From Octopus sinensis (Eukaryota), in contig NC_043019.1 of assembly GCF_006345805.1 (NCBI RefSeq), positions 10,477,360-10,541,359 on the forward strand: a stretch of 64,000 bases of DNA, in the 5' to 3' direction. The translations under genes were made by a program, and so were the position numbers. The notes under the pieces were generated by a model that saw only the letters and a program-made list of their open reading frames with translations, had not been told where the DNA came from and did not search any database. Of this stretch, positions 47,801 through 58,855 are shown in pieces; positions within the stretch are counted from its first letter, which is position 1, and each line of letters starts with the position of its first letter.

Positions 47801-50800
47801 TAGAACCTCATCAAACATCTCTTGGGTACATTTAGCTTCCATACTTTCATATTTCTTCAACAATTCCTGTTCTTCGTTCACTAATTCGGCGAACTGCTGC
47901 TCGTAGTTCCAAATTTCAATCGGTTTTCCTTCAGACAGTGAATAGGGTTCAACGGGTGTATAGACGGTGAGATTAAGCTGGGGAACCTTCCGGGGTACGA
48001 AACTGAAGACATACTTGTAGAGCAGAAAATGTTGTACAATGCTCTGGCACAGGAATTCCATGTAGAGTTTATAGTTTCGAGGACCGAGAATCTGCGACCA
48101 ATTGCTCGACTGAGTAAAGAGGTACTTCAGAAACGTGGGAAGTTTTTGTACTGAAATAGAATTTGAAAAATAGCACTGAAAACAGAACTGCAAATATAGT
48201 ACAACTTGTGGGATCTTTTCGGTTTGACCGGCAATTTTTTAAAATAATTTCCACGTAACTAAACACTTTTAAACTTCATATACTAGTAGAATGTGTTTAT
48301 AAAACATATTTTTCTCTTGGCTTTATTGAGAAAATTCTATGGTTTGTAAGATATTTGTTGGTTTTTTTTTCCTTCAATTTCTGCAATTTCAACCAATCAA
48401 TGACGTCTATTGAGGTAAAAAGCATTCTGTGCCGTATGAATATGTCCCTCGTTTAAAAAACAGATTGGGTTTATTTACATTTGTGAAGAAAAAAAGATAC
48501 CCTTGCCCCCACCCCTAACCCTAACCCTAACTCTAACCCTAACTCTAAAATAGATTGAAATGCAATAGATCGGTACTAGGGTCATAATTATGAATGACAA
48601 TATCATATGACACCGCTAGAAAAAACTGCCGGTCAAACCGAAAAGATCCCACTTGTGTTGGTATGCCCTTCTTAAATTGCACACTTATCCAAAAATTACC
48701 TAGAATTTTTTATTTATTTAATAGTTCGGCCCGCATAATGACGAGCCATGCTTCATGCGGTCTTATTCTCAAAACGGTTATTCCAACTTAGACTAAGTGG
48801 AGGCACATGGCCTAGTGGTTAGAGCATTGGACTCGCGGTCGAGGGATCGCGGGTTCGAATCTCAGACCAGGTGATGTGTGTTTATGAACAAAAACACCTA
48901 AGCTCCCCGCGGCTCCGGCAGAAGGTAATGGCAAACTTCTGCTGACTCTTTCTCTCACACAACTTTCTCTCACTCTTTCCTCCTGCATCTTGCAGCTCAC
49001 CTGCGACGGATCGGCGTCCCGTCCATGTGGGGAACCTATACGCCAGGGAAACTTAGACTAAGCGATAAAGTACACGCATGCGCAGACTGCCAGGATGTCA
49101 ATAAACAATTAGATATATCAAGGTTCTGTAAGGCGGCGAGCTGGCAGAAACGTTAGCACGCCGGGCGAAATGCGAAGCCGTATTTCGCCTGTCGCTACGT
49201 TCTGAGTTCAAATTCCGCCGAGGGGGTCGATAAATTAAGTACCTATTTCTTTACTACCCACAAGGGGGCTAAACACAGAGAGGACAGACAAGGGGATTAA
49301 GTCGATTACATCGACCCCAGTGCGTAACTGGTACTTAATTTACCGACCCCAAAAGGATGAAAGGCAAAGTCGACTTCAGCGGAATTTGAACTCAGAACGT
49401 AACAGCAGACAAAATACGTATTTCTTTACTACCCACAAGGGGCTAAACACAGAGAGGACAAACAAGGACAGACAAACAGATTAAGTCGATTATATTCTGA
49501 CCCCAGTGCGTAACTGGTACTTAATTTATCGACCCCGAAAGGATGAAAGGCAAAGTCGACCTCGGCGGAATGTGAACTCAGAACGAAATACAGCCACGCA
49601 TTTCGTCCGGCGTGCTAACGTTTCTGCCAGCTCGCCGATAAATTAAGTACCAGTAACACACTGGGGTTGATATAATCGACTTAATCCATTTGTCCCCTCT
49701 GTGTTTAGCCCCTTGTGGGTAGTAAAGAAGTATATATTAAGGTTCTGTACTCACCTTTAACTCTCTGAAGCAAGCTCCCAGCAATGTAAGGGATCTGACA
49801 AACTTGTGGCCAGGAAAAACCTTTATCGACAGCAAATCTCAGATGATTATATACAATTTCCAAATAGAGACTGTACTGAATGTCCTTGGCCCTGTCGCAT
49901 GATGGCAGATTTAAAGTACTACACAGTGCATCTTCAGCAATGACTCCCTGACGATTAATACAAAGACAGAAAGGAAGATATTTCTTTATTAACCTATAAA
50001 GGTTTTACATAGAGGGGACATTACAAGGACAGACAAGGGACATTCAGGGTACAAACTCGCTTCTTACATACAGTGTGAAAAACCGGATGGATTTACATAT
50101 ATTGTGAATGAGGGTTAAAAAATAACCCGCCGAACCTATAAAGGTTTTACATAGAGGGGACATTACAAGGACAGACAAGGACATTCAGGGTACAAACTCG
50201 CTTCTTACATACAGTGTGAAAAACTGGATGGATTTATATATATATTGTGAATGGGGGTTAAAAATTTAAATATAAATGATGATAGGATAAGTTTTGGGTC
50301 CGGGTTAGTGTGTTAACCCGCCGGTTGGTTATCCCTTTTTGGTAATCTTTTTCCTTTCTTTTATGCTCCGACCTACCGTGCAAGCACAGCCTCGTGTAAT
50401 TTCATCTTTCTTACCGCTGTCGTCCGTCTTTTTCCAAACGCTCTTTGCGACAGGTTCCTCCTCTCCATACGGATCTTGCTGGACAGATGGGCAGCGAAGT
50501 AATTCACCAGCCCACGCCCGGAGATGAATCGGCCTGTCGCAATCCCTTTCACCCGCGTCTTCCATACCACACATTTCAATGTGGTTATTACTCAGAGGAA
50601 TACGGCCTTCTTTTCTATGGCGAAAGAGGAAGGTTGTACAATCTTTATCATGGACTCAGTCGAGAGCCGTACTCTTTCTGCATCCGACATCAGCTTTTCG
50701 GCATAGGCCATCAACTCCCTCAATTCCTCACAGTGTACGAAGGCGTGCGTGAGCGTTTCACTGGCACGCCCGCACCTCGGACACATGGGGGAGAAAAGAC

Positions 50801-51669
50801 AGAAAGGAAGAACAAACGAAGAGGAAAATGGATGAATATAAAGAAATATGTGGTTAATGTGTGTGTGTGTGTGTGCATCTTAGACGCACATCTTACACAC
50901 ATATGCACACACACACACACATGCACACGCTCACACATACATACACACACAGCATATCAACTCTACGTAGTCGATCGACCGGCTAAAAATAGCAGCCAAA
51001 TCTCCATCACATTACCGTCAACCACCTTTAAAACTGAAAGTAAAAGTAAAAGATAAAATTAACCTAGTTACACTTAGGTCTCTAAAACAACAACAATTAT
51101 ATTAACAACAACAAAAACAGACTGGATGGTCACTGATGGAACAGCTTCCATAAGGTCTGGCCAGGAGACAAAACACCACCACCACCACCACCACCACCAC
51201 ACCGCCGCCGCCGCCGTCTCATATATATATATATATATATTGTATAAACACACATATATATATACAAAGGGGTGCTGAAAGGTTTCTGGCTTGGCTTTAA
51301 GGGTGACACGCGCAAAAGGCCGAGTTGGGGGGGGGGGGCTCAACCTTTCGGATTTCTTTTACAGGGCTTAGAAAAAAAATTGAAGGGCTGCTGCATGCAA
51401 TAAGTGTGTAAATCTGAGAGGGGAAATTATCAAATTTAAGTGATCCTCTTGTATTTTCTTTTACCCAAAGCCCAGAACTTTTCAGTATCACCTCGAATAA
51501 TAACATCACTATACAATGTATATAAACTATTCAAAAGCAACAATACTTGAACACTAAACAAACAACGGATCGATGCAACGGTTAATTTCGTTCTTAGAAT
51601 TATGTTTTCGGTTCTTACCGGTGGTAAACTGGAAATCATTTTCACCTGATCAACTGATAAATTCGCCAT
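35619..51669 (-). CDS. C8orf74: C8orf74-like protein (CFAP119/C8orf74 family), complete 5-exon CDS: complement(join(35619-35698,35863-36004,47771-48150,49755-49947,51619-51669))
   Basis: Exons sum to 846 nt = 281 aa + TGA with consistent phases. Motifs YNHLRFAVDKGFSWPQVCQ and HFLLYKYVF...LTVYTPVEPYSLSEGKPIEIWNYEQQFAEL resemble human C8orf74 (FAVGKGFPWVEVAQ; HYKLYQYVL...PPHPLPLAEGMDRDLWIHEQQ) as recalled; orthology needs BLAST confirmation. Confidence 0.85.
35863..36004 (-). CDS. C8orf74: C8orf74-like exon 4
   Basis: ctttaaag|GATGTT...CTTG|gtaagt; DVETLVKNVASVFCDKIQDTLMASVEQKHEEMLINIKKVLLPRPPAL. Confidence 0.82.
38125..38945 (+). mobile_element. RTE-clade LINE 3' fragment split by a family C SINE
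   Basis: KRFIDTLKASLKCFRINPDTWE...HLCPTCDRTF; SINE TSD atctactacg at 38352-38361 / 38739-38748. Confidence 0.75.
40805..41530. repeat. Pentamer-derived (CCACT/CCAT-type) 48-bp minisatellite with a ~301-bp higher-order duplication
   Basis: Unit cactccactccaccataccacactctacatcaccattccacaatgcct; aaaatgtctc marker at 40911 and 41212. Confidence 0.88.
42599..45706 (-). repeat. Family A SINE concatemer: one head + 17 tandem ~183-bp body units, single TSD
   Basis: Unit starts 42599, 42785, 42969, 43153, 43327, 43501, 43685, 43869, 44053, 44236, 44420, 44602, 44785, 44971, 45154, 45338, 45508; TSD tccactgtacc 42588-42598 / 45715-45725. Confidence 0.93.
46061..46712. mobile_element. Fold-back variant of the Merlin-like MITE with internal (TTAGGG)n
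   Basis: Roughly 300-bp inverted arms; 8-bp TSD cacaaacg/cataaacg. Confidence 0.85.
47175..47697 (+). mobile_element. RTE/RTEX-type LINE 3' fragment inserted in a family B SINE
   Basis: IFKATVEPILLYGSETWTL...RRLDGTYTRLL...RRVQFAGHC; (GAT)n tail. Confidence 0.88.
47771..48150 (-). CDS. C8orf74: C8orf74-like exon 3
   Basis: atttcag|TACAAA...AAAGAG|gtaata; within ORF 47621-48193. Confidence 0.9.
48211..48649 (-). mobile_element. Merlin-like MITE copy
   Basis: 8-bp TSD aacttgtg/cacttgtg; internal (CCCTAA)n. Confidence 0.85.
49131..49729 (+). mobile_element. Family A SINE with an antisense family A dimer nested inside
   Basis: Outer TSD tatat(c/t)aaggttctgta; inner TSD gataaattaagtacc 49229-49243 / 49637-49651. 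Confidence 0.88.
49755..49947 (-). CDS. C8orf74: C8orf74-like exon 2
   Basis: cgtcag|GGAGTC...GTTAAAG|gtgagt; GVIAEDALCSTLNLPSCDRAKDIQYSLYLEIVYNHLRFAVDKGFSWPQVCQIPYIAGSLLQRVK (missed by the ORF track). Confidence 0.88.
49981..50800 (-). mobile_element. Tx1/L1-clade LINE 3' fragment (zf-RVT)
   Basis: CPRCGRASETLTHAFVHC CCHC finger followed by ...KCVVWKTRVKG...; duplicated 3'UTR block. Confidence 0.75.
51265..51495. mobile_element. Mariner-like MITE
   Basis: TA|CAAAGGGGTGCTGAAAGGTTTCTGG ... CCCAGAACTTTTCAGTATCACCTCG. Confidence 0.6.
51619..51669 (-). CDS. C8orf74: C8orf74-like exon 1
   Basis: aaaaATGGCG...CCACCG|gtaaga; MANLSVDQVKMISSLPP, phase 0. Confidence 0.82.
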
Positions 51670-51673
51670 TTTT

Positions 51674-51687
51674 GTTACTATGACGAC
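51674..51687 (-). promoter_or_regulatory. RFX X-box
   Basis: GTCGTCATAGTAAC (cf. GTTGCCATGGCAAC) 4 nt upstream of the C8orf74-like ATG. Confidence 0.7.
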
Positions 51688-51864
51688 CTAGTGCGTTGTG
51701 GGGCTTTTTTTTGTTTTTTTTTCATCTCTATATATATATATATATATATTTTATGTTTGCGTTTTTGTTATCTTCTTCGCTTGGTTTTTTTTTTATCGAT
51801 TGGTCGGTCAAGAGATGACATGTTTGCTGTTAACATCTTGTCCGGCAAGTCAGAAGGATGGATA

Positions 51865-51869
<5 letters not shown>

Positions 51870-51921
<52 letters not shown>

Positions 51922-52235
51922 ATATATGCGTGTATGCATGTATGTATGTATGCATGTACGTACGTATGTATGTATGTATGCATGCATGTGTGTATGTATG
52001 TATGTATGTATGCATGCATGTATGTGTGTATGTATGTGTGTATGTATGTATGTATGTATGTGTGTAAGTATGTATGCATGTATGTATGTGTGTATGTATG
52101 TATGTATGTATGAATGTATGCATGTATGTGTGTGTATATGTATGTATGTATGTATGTATACATGTATGTATGTATGTATGTATGAATGTATGCATGTATG
52201 TGTGTGTATATGTATGTATGTATGTATGTATGTAA
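51870..52235. repeat. (GT)n + (GTAT)n microsatellite
   Basis: Direct reading. Confidence 0.95.
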
Positions 52236-52499
52236 ATAAACCCAATCTGTTTCTTAAATGAGGGACATATTCATACGGCACAAAATGTTTTCACCTCAAT
52301 AGACGGTCATTGATTGGTTGAAATTGCAGAAATTGAAGATAAAACAACAACAATATCTTACAAACTATAGAATTTTCTCAATAAAGCCAAGAGAAAAAAG
52401 ATGTTTTATAAACACATTCTACCAGTATACGAAGTTTTAAAAGTGTTTAGTTACGTGGAAATTATTTTAAAAAACTGCCGTTCAAACCGAAAAAGATCC

Positions 52500-54296
52500 A
52501 ATCTTTCGGTATATGGTGTTTAAAAACGTAAATAAAAATTACAGGGGGAGGGGAATAACAAGGGGGAATAAGTCAACTTACTGATGAAGAACATAGGCAT
52601 TCGCTCTTGCTACTAAAAAGTGCACGAAACTCTTTTTCTTTGGGACAGATTTCCTCCATATAAACTCGTATAAATATGAAACGAATAAAATGTCTAGCGT
52701 TCGAAATTGACGTCGTAGTTTTCTTTTTACCCGCATCCACATATACTCCATATTTTGCTTATATGGACGTCATTATTTGTCGGAGCTGTGGAGGCGCAAT
52801 AGGATCGCGGGCATAGGATCGCGGTTTCGATTCCCAGACCGGGCGTTGTGAGTGTTTATTGAGCGAAAAAAACACCTAAAAAAGCTCAACGAGCCTCCGG
52901 CAGGGGATGGTGGTGATCCCTGCTGTACTCTTTCACCACAACTTTCTCTCGCTCTTACTTCCTGTTTCTGTTGTACCTGTATTTCAAAAGGGCCGGCCTT
53001 GTCACTCCCTGTGTCACGCTGAATATCCCCGAGAACTACGAGGCGCAATGGCCCAGTGGTTAGGGCAGCGGACTCGCGGTCATAGGATCGCGGTTTCGAT
53101 TCCCAGACCGGGCGTTGTGAGTGTTTATTGAGTGAAAACACCTAAAAAAGCTCCACGACGCTCCGGTAGGGGATGGTGGTGATCCCTGCTGTACTCTTTC
53201 ACCACAACTTTCTCTCACTCTTACTTCTTGTTTCTGTTGTACCTGTATTTCAAGGGGCCGGCCTTGTCACTCCCTGTGTCACGCTGAATATCCCCGAGAA
53301 CTACGTTAAGGGTACACGTGTCTGTGGAGTGCTCAGCCACTTACACGTTAATTTCACGAACAGGCTGTTCCGTTGATTCGGATCAACCGGAACCCTCATC
53401 GTCGTAACCGACGGAGTGCTTCCAGTGCCCACTCTTTCACCACAACTTTCTCTCACTCTTACTTCCTGCTTCTGTTGTACCTGTATTTCAAAAGAGCCAG
53501 CCTTGTCACACTCTGTGTCACGCTGAATATCCCCCGAGAACTACGTTAAGAGTGCACGTGTCTGTGGAGTGCTCAAGCCACTTACACGTTAATTTCACGA
53601 ACAGGCTGTTCCGTTGATTCGGATCAACCGGAACCCTCATCGTCGTAACCGACGAAGTGCTTCCAGTGCCCACTCTTTCACCACAACTTTCTCTCACTCT
53701 TACTTCCTGCTTCTGTTGTACCTGTATTTCAAAAGAGCCAGCCTTGTCACACTCTGTGTCACGCTGAATATCCCCCGAGAACTACGTTAAGAGTGCACGT
53801 GTCTGTGGAGTGCTCAAGCCACTTACACGTTAATTTCACGAACAGGCTGTTCCGTTGATTCGGATCAACCGGAACCCTCATCGTCGTAACCGACGGAGTG
53901 CTTCCAGTGCCCACTCTTTCACCACAACTTTCTCTCACTCTTACTTCTTGTTTCTGTTGTACCTGTATTTCAAGGGTCCGGCCGGCCTTGTCACTCCCTG
54001 TGTCACGCTGAATATCCCCCGAGAACTACGTTAAGGGTGCACGTGTCTGTGGAGTGCTCAGCCACTTACACGTTAATTTCACGAGCAGGCTGTTCCGTTG
54101 ATTCGGATCAACCGGAACCCTCATCGTCGTAACCGACGGAGTGCTTCTATCCATCCCATTTGTCGGAGCTACAAAGTTCTCCTGATGCACAATCACTTCG
54201 TGAGTGTATATACCGTTATTTAGCTATGAGAATATAATTATTTCCCCACTTTCATTTATATTTATTTTTTTAAACACCATATACTGAAAGATTACC
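52500..54296. mobile_element. TIR element hosting the family C concatemer
   Basis: IRs aatctttcggtatatggtgtttaaaaa / tttttaaacaccatatactgaaagatt(accc). Confidence 0.6.
52788..54157 (+). repeat. Family C SINE concatemer: truncated copy + full copy + three extra ~241-bp 3' units, single TSD
   Basis: Unit starts 53193, 53431, 53672, 53913; TSD atttgtcggagct 52775-52787 / 54158-54170. Confidence 0.9.
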
Positions 54297-54419
54297 CTAC
54301 AACTTGAGAGGGGCACGATTCCCCCATTAAAAGTCAGGTCTCTTGTTTACCTCCTCGGAGGTCCTTTTTTTTTTTTTCACCGTTCAGTTCGATAACTAGT
54401 CTGAAGTAAAGGTCCTCGT

Positions 54420-55900
54420 CTACAGTAGGAAAAACCGGAGCAAGATGGACCACTGGGGTAAAACGGACCAGTCCCCATTTTAGACATGTAAAGGGGACTT
54501 AACCGTCGTGAACACTTTCTAATTCAAAGTTACTTCCCTTCAATCTCACATTCCGAAAAGTTTCATTTAGGCAACAGTTTTCACGATACAGAAAGAAAAA
54601 TACTGAAATTCAAGTCTTCGATGTAAGTATTGCTTTCAAATATATCGCGTTAATAAAATAAATGCCAACACCTTAGGTAAGTATTGCCTATCATGTTTGG
54701 AAACATTTCAAATGTCAATGTTTAAGCAGCAACAGCCTTGGTTTTTCCTTAGGTTTCGATGCAGAGCAGACATTTTTTTTTGTTGTAACCTAAAGGGACA
54801 AAACGGATCAAAGGGTGTTGGGGCAAAACGGTTCACTGGGATCTTTTCGGTTTGACCGGCAGTTTTTAAAAATAATTTCCACGTAACTAAACACTTTTAA
54901 ACTTCGTATACTGGTAGAATGTGTTTATAAAACATCTTTTTCTCTTGGCTTTATTGAGAAAATTCTATAGTTTGTAAGATATTTGTTGTTTTTTCTTCAA
55001 TTTCTGCAATTTCAACCAATCAATGACCGTCTATTGAGGTGAAAACATTCTGTGCCGTATGAATATGTCCCTCGTTTAAGAAACAGATTGGGTTTATTTA
55101 CATTTGTGAAGAAAAAAAGATACCTTCTCCCCACCCATAACCCTAAAACAGATTGAAATGCAATAGATCGATACTAGGGTCATAATTATGGGTGACAATT
55201 TCATATGACACCGCTAGAAAAAACTGCCGTTCAAACCGAAAAGATCCCGACTCACTGTGCCGTTTTGCCCCATATGTGTGTTTATTTGTGTGTGTGTATG
55301 TGTATTTCTGTGTATATGTGCACGTGTATGTGTGTGTGTGCATGTGTAAATGCCTGTATGCTTTGTGCATGTGTGCGTGTGTATGTGTATACAAATGCGA
55401 GTGTGTGCATGTGTGTATGCATGTGTATGTGTGTCTACGTATGCAGAGGTGTGAGCGCGCATGAGTTTTGTCTCACTTTCTTCATCCTATTTTGTTTATT
55501 ATTTTCAGATGGTGAGAAATTACATTCGTAAAATTGGAAAAGGCTCTTGGACTCCAGATAACCTACAGGTAGCCATGCAATCTGTCCGACAAGGAAGTTC
55601 TCTTCGCCGGGTAGCAAAGCAGTATGAAGTCCCCATGACAACCCTGAAGAGACACTTGGAAGGCAAAGTGTCTTCTCCTGGTCAGCTTTCTTTAGGGCAT
55701 TTTCAGTCAACACTAAAGAATTTTTAGGAGAAAGTGCTATAGCACTTCGTCTTCCTGCAACGGACTTTTTATGGTCTCACTTCAAGAGGTTTGCGTTCCT
55801 TGGCTTTTGAGGTTGCTGAGGCCAACAAGGTCCCCCATAAATTCAATAAAGTAAAAAATAGAAGCTGGATTAGACTGACTGGTTTGTTTTTTAATGCGTC
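54420..55900 (+). pseudogene. pogo/Tigger-like transposon relic (HTH_psq + CENP-B HTH) with nested MITE and SINE
   Basis: MVRNYIRKIGKGSWTPDNLQVAMQSVRQGSSLRRVAKQYEVPMTTLKRHL...FYGLTSRGLRSLAFEVAEANKVPHKFN with in-frame stops; ggggcaaaacgg/ccgttttgcccc motifs. Confidence 0.78.
54839..55247 (-). mobile_element. Merlin-like MITE copy
   Basis: Flanks cggttcactg/cgactcactg (10-bp degenerate TSD). Confidence 0.82.
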
Positions 55901-56497
55901 ACCCAATACTTATTTCTTTATTACCCACAAGGGGCTAAACATAGAGGGGACAAACAAGGACAGACAAAGGTATTAAGTCAATTACATCGACCCCAGTGCG
56001 TAACTGGTACTTTAATTTATCGACCCCGAAAGGATGAAAGGCAAAGTCGACCTCGGCGGAATTTCAACTCAGAACGTAGCCGCAGATGAAATACCTATTT
56101 CTTTACTGCCCACAAGGGGCTAAACATAGAGGGGACAGACATAGGTATTAAGTCAATTACATCGACCCCAGTGCGTATATATATATACATGTGTGTATGG
56201 GTATGTGTTTTTGTTCCCTCACCATCACTTGACAAACGATGCTTACGACCTCGTAACTTAGCGATTCGGCAAAAGTGATTGATAGAATAAATATACCAGG
56301 CTTAAAAAGAATAAATCCTTGAGATGGTTTCTTCGACTAAAACCGTTTAAGGTGGTGCTCCAGCATGGCCGCAGTCAAATGACTGGGACAAGTAAAAGAA
56401 TAAAAGCCTGCGATGGACCAGCATCCAATCCAGTAGAAGTAGTGTTGGAATCTCAGTCATTTATTCACCATGGAAAACCAAGTTAAGCTCCCGGCTT

Positions 56498-57381
56498 GGA
56501 TCTTTTCTTTTTGAAGGCCAGATTTTCCTAGTTAACTAAAAAATTTGAAACTTCGTATACTGGTAGAATGTGTCAAAAGAAAACATTGTTGTAAACAAAA
56601 TTGTAATTCGTAACTTAAACGTAGTTTAATTTTAAGAATTTTAACCAATGAAATCGCAGCATTCGAGCTCAAATTATTTACCTCTTCTTCTGTCTTCTAC
56701 ATGTGCTAGAAATAACAGCTATATCTCTTAAATCGATTAATTTCGTCGCCCAATAAAAATATTAACGATATTTTTTGAATATTTTCTTTATTTCTTTTTT
56801 ACCGAAAAGGCTTCTCCCATGGTTTTGAAGGGCCACGGTCTCGAGTTTGCGCGAGGAGTGTTAGTAGTATTGTAAAAATTTGCGAAATATTTTTTCATAA
56901 AAGGATTCCCCAGCTTGTCGGAAGCTGTGATATAAATTGGGAAAAAAATCCTCGACACCAGTGCGTAATTGGTACTTAATTTATCGACCCCGAAACGATG
57001 AAACATTGACACCTCCCCCCTTCTGTGCAAATTTGTTGCGACAAGTGGCAAAACACGAACGTGTATTTTTGCTTGTGTGCGTATGTGTGTGTATGTATAT
57101 GTCCGTTTGTATGTGTGTGTACGCTTATATATTAATTACTATGTGCTTGTGCAAATGTGCGTGTGTGTGTGTCGTGCGTCTGCTATATTTCTTTATCAAT
57201 ATCGATAACGCAGCAATGTTGGGATTTCATTGGTTAAAATTCGTAAAAATTAAACTACGTTTAAGTTACAAATAACAATTTTGTTTACAATAATGTTTTC
57301 TTTTGACACATTCTACCAGTATACGAAGTTTCAAATTTTTTAGTTTACTAGGAAAATCTGGCCTTCAAAAAGAAAAAATCC
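56498..57381. mobile_element. Long-TIR (~165 bp) relative of the Merlin-like MITE
   Basis: GGATCTTTTC...AAAAAATCC; 8-bp TSD cccggctt/tccgactt. Confidence 0.8.
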
Positions 57382-57859
57382 TCCGACTTTATGAGTCATA
57401 GAGCTCGCGACGGACCAAATCCCCAAGTGACACCTTAAAACGATACTGGTAATAGGGTGAGAATTGAGTGAATTTGGTTACTATTTCTAACAGGCTGAAT
57501 AACCAGATAGAAGCTCTGTCGCCTTTTTTTTTTTTTTTTAACTTTTAATTGTATTTTCCAAAGATGTGAGAAAAGTTGTTTTGACGATGACGAAGAAACG
57601 AACTGTGAGAATAATTTTTTAACAAAAAGTTGAGTTTTTTATTTGATTACAAGTTTATTGGGTTAGGAAAATTTACAATGGACAATTTGTAATTTAACCC
57701 TCTCCGGCTTTTATACTCATACACACAGACTCTTTCACACATTCCTTCATGAACACAGATCTTTTTTTTGTTTACTCACACACGCGCCCACACACACACA
57801 TTCTCCCTCTCCGTCTCTCGTTTTCTCTGTTCGTATCCTCTGTTAGTATTCGCGCCATA

Positions 57860-57932
57860 ACAAATAGTTATATATATACATATATATATATAATATATAT
57901 ATATACATGCATACACGCGCACGCACACACAC

Positions 57933-57992
<60 letters not shown>

Positions 57993-58320
57993 TATATATA
58001 TATAATATATATATATGTATGTATATAAATATATATGTGTGTGTATGTATATAATATATATATATATATGTATGTATATAATATATATATATGTATATAA
58101 ATATATATATGTGTGTGTATGTATATATATATATATATAAATATATATATGTATGTATGTATATAAATATATGTGTGCATGTATATATATATTATATAAA
58201 TATATATATATATGTGTGTATGTATATATATATATATATATATGTATGTATATAAATATATGTATGTATATAATATATATATATGTGTGTATGTATATAA
58301 ATGTGTGTGTGTGTGTTTGT
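57860..58320. repeat. (TA)n-rich compound microsatellite
   Basis: Direct reading. Confidence 0.95.
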
Positions 58321-58855
58321 GACAAGAAACTGCAAAATATGAAACAACGTGGTTAATGTTTGTGCTGGTAATGACCCCGGGATCCAAGTTAACTGTGTCA
58401 ATATCCGTTTGGTTAAAATGCTGAATTATGTCAGACCTAAAACATCGCAGACGAAACTCAACTGACTAAATTCTTTGTTGTTATGAACCATTTCTCGTTT
58501 CTGCTTGCTAAGACCTCAAACTAAATGGACGATAAACAAAGGTTGCAGTATTTAGATTCTGAAAAAGACGGGACAGGGACCTCTATGCGGTCGTTTGACT
58601 TACTAGACACAGTAGCCAAATAAATCTCCATCAAATCACATCCAATTTCTTTATTAGCCACAAGGGCCCAAACATAGAAGGGGACAATACAGCCTGATTG
58701 GGGTCAGACACACAATGATTATATGACTTTTAAAATTTTACGAAATCGAATGAGATACAACAGGGACGAAATACAAGCAGAGTGATGGCTTACGCTCCGA
58801 CCCCACGAGCCCCATTCTCCAACTGAAACTTTTGTAACAGTTCTACCAGCTCGCC

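Noticed and set aside
48798-48875. tRNA-Arg gene (and similar heads of other SINE copies)
   Set aside because: The head continues into SINE body and tail with a TSD, and the acceptor stem is incomplete.
57776-58387. Y/I/H-rich ORFs (also 10586-11156 and 51691-52281)
   Set aside because: Dinucleotide and tetranucleotide microsatellite artefacts.
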